Shown here piece after piece: positions 62,917 through 64,000 of a stretch of 64,000 nt of DNA. The stretch's first letter is position 1. The number at the start of each line of letters is the position of its first letter. A program made the translations under genes and the position numbers. Below the pieces are notes generated by a model, which saw only the letters and a program-made list of their open reading frames with translations, had not been told where the DNA came from and ran no database searches. Source of the DNA: Lama glama (lineage: Eukaryota); contig CM052816.1 in NCBI GenBank assembly GCA_028534125.1, positions 43,464,001 to 43,528,000 on the forward strand, in the 5' to 3' direction.

Positions 62917-63331
62917 TGTGTTAGTTAGATCACAGATGAAGCTCTAGAGACCTAAGATAGCAAGATGGCAGTCTGTCACATAACAGTCCAGTGTGTAAGC
63001 CATCCAAGCTGGTATGATATCTCTGTGGTATGAGGGATTCAGACTCCTTCTAGCTTGTTTTATGCCTTCCTTACAGCAGGATTTTCATATTCACGGTCTA
63101 AGATGCTTCCTACCATGTCCGCATATCATCCAGTGGGAAAGAGAAGAGGGATGGGGGAGGGAGAGGCCGCTGGGTATGGGTATGATCTGGAAGCTGCAGA
63201 TATCACTTCTGCTCACACATCATTGGTCAAAACCCAGTCACATGACTACATGGAGCAACTGCAGCCTTCCCAGCCTGGCCATGTGCAAGGAGGGGAGAAT
63301 GGACATTAGATGTCAACTATTCCTTGCCATA
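62917..63331 (-). mobile_element. Old MLT1 (MLT1J/K-like) LTR
   Basis: atcacttctgctcacacatcattggtcaaaacccagtcacatgac...ggggagaatggacattag. Confidence 0.75.
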
Positions 63332-64000
63332 GGTTATTAGTAATGGATTTCAACTAAATGTGATGCTCTTATGGAAAGAGTTCTGTGTCTGCATTTCTCC
63401 TAGTTCTATTTTGAGAAAGCTGCAAACGTTATGGAGATTTAGTGTCGTTTTTAGTTTGGAACCTTTGGCCCCTGCCCTGATAGCCCAGCCCTTTGGTAGA
63501 CTCAGCTGAGATGGTATGTCCCCATTGCACAGATGAGGTCAGAGAGCATTAGTAAGATGGGGGTGGGTTGTTTTTCTTTGGATTTTCCCTGATTCTCTCT
63601 TATTTTCAAAACTTAACAAGATATAGGCTTTTGGCCATTTAAAAGAAGCTCTCAGACTCTGAGCTTAAGCAGCTCCTACAGTCACACACTAATGTGGCCT
63701 TTATATACAATGACTAATTCCTGGATTATTCTTACAGGAGAGCTTTCTGGAAGCTAATAAAAATCAGGAAATTCTTTCTGTTACCACAGATTAATCTTAA
63801 ATGTTTAAGAATTGTTTTTTGTTATTATTCAGTTTCAGCCAGTTCTCTTTCCTCCTTTCCTCTGTATTACTGTCTACAGAAAAGTTCTGTGTTTGGGGGC
63901 TCTCAAGTAGTTGTAGGGTGAAGCGATTGAAGAAACGACTGCGTAACCATAGCAGTTGTCAATCCCCGGGGACCCGTACACCCTGCCCCACAGCTCCCAT

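Noticed and set aside
1..64000. A novel multi-gene system, endogenous viral ORF, processed pseudogene or structured RNA gene
   Set aside because: All recognisable coding-like sequence is L1, L2 or Tigger derived. I saw no gag/pol/env remnant, retrocopy, tRNA, snRNA or snoRNA signature by eye; Rfam and tBLASTx searches would be needed to exclude weak cases.

Overview
This is AT-rich, CpG-depleted eutherian genomic DNA with one 500-N scaffold gap. I see no Bov-tA/BovA2, PRE1, SINEC, ERE or Alu SINEs, and the youngest L1 3'UTRs look cetartiodactyl, so a camelid source is my best guess (from memory, not a search). No protein-coding exon, RNA gene or CRISPR array can be supported; every recognisable ORF in the track is an L1 fragment. 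About a third of the window is transposon-derived: L1, L2, MIR, MaLR (MLT1) solo LTRs and hAT/Tigger DNA fossils. L1s and LTRs lie mostly on the minus strand, which suggests one large intron of a + strand gene. The best-supported structures are: (1) a three-layer nest at 40.3-44.9 kb (Tigger > 5'-inverted L1 > young L1); (2) a twin-primed inverted L1 inside an older L1 at 26.5-29.9 kb, giving two crossed inverted-repeat pairs; (3) a gap flanked by an identical 199-bp duplication, which is probably an assembly artefact; (4) TE-poor stretches at about 16.5-19.8 and 20.7-25.6 kb with motif clusters that may be enhancers. I found no convincing previously undescribed biological system. Subfamily names come from recalled consensus sequences, and boundaries of old repeats are approximate.
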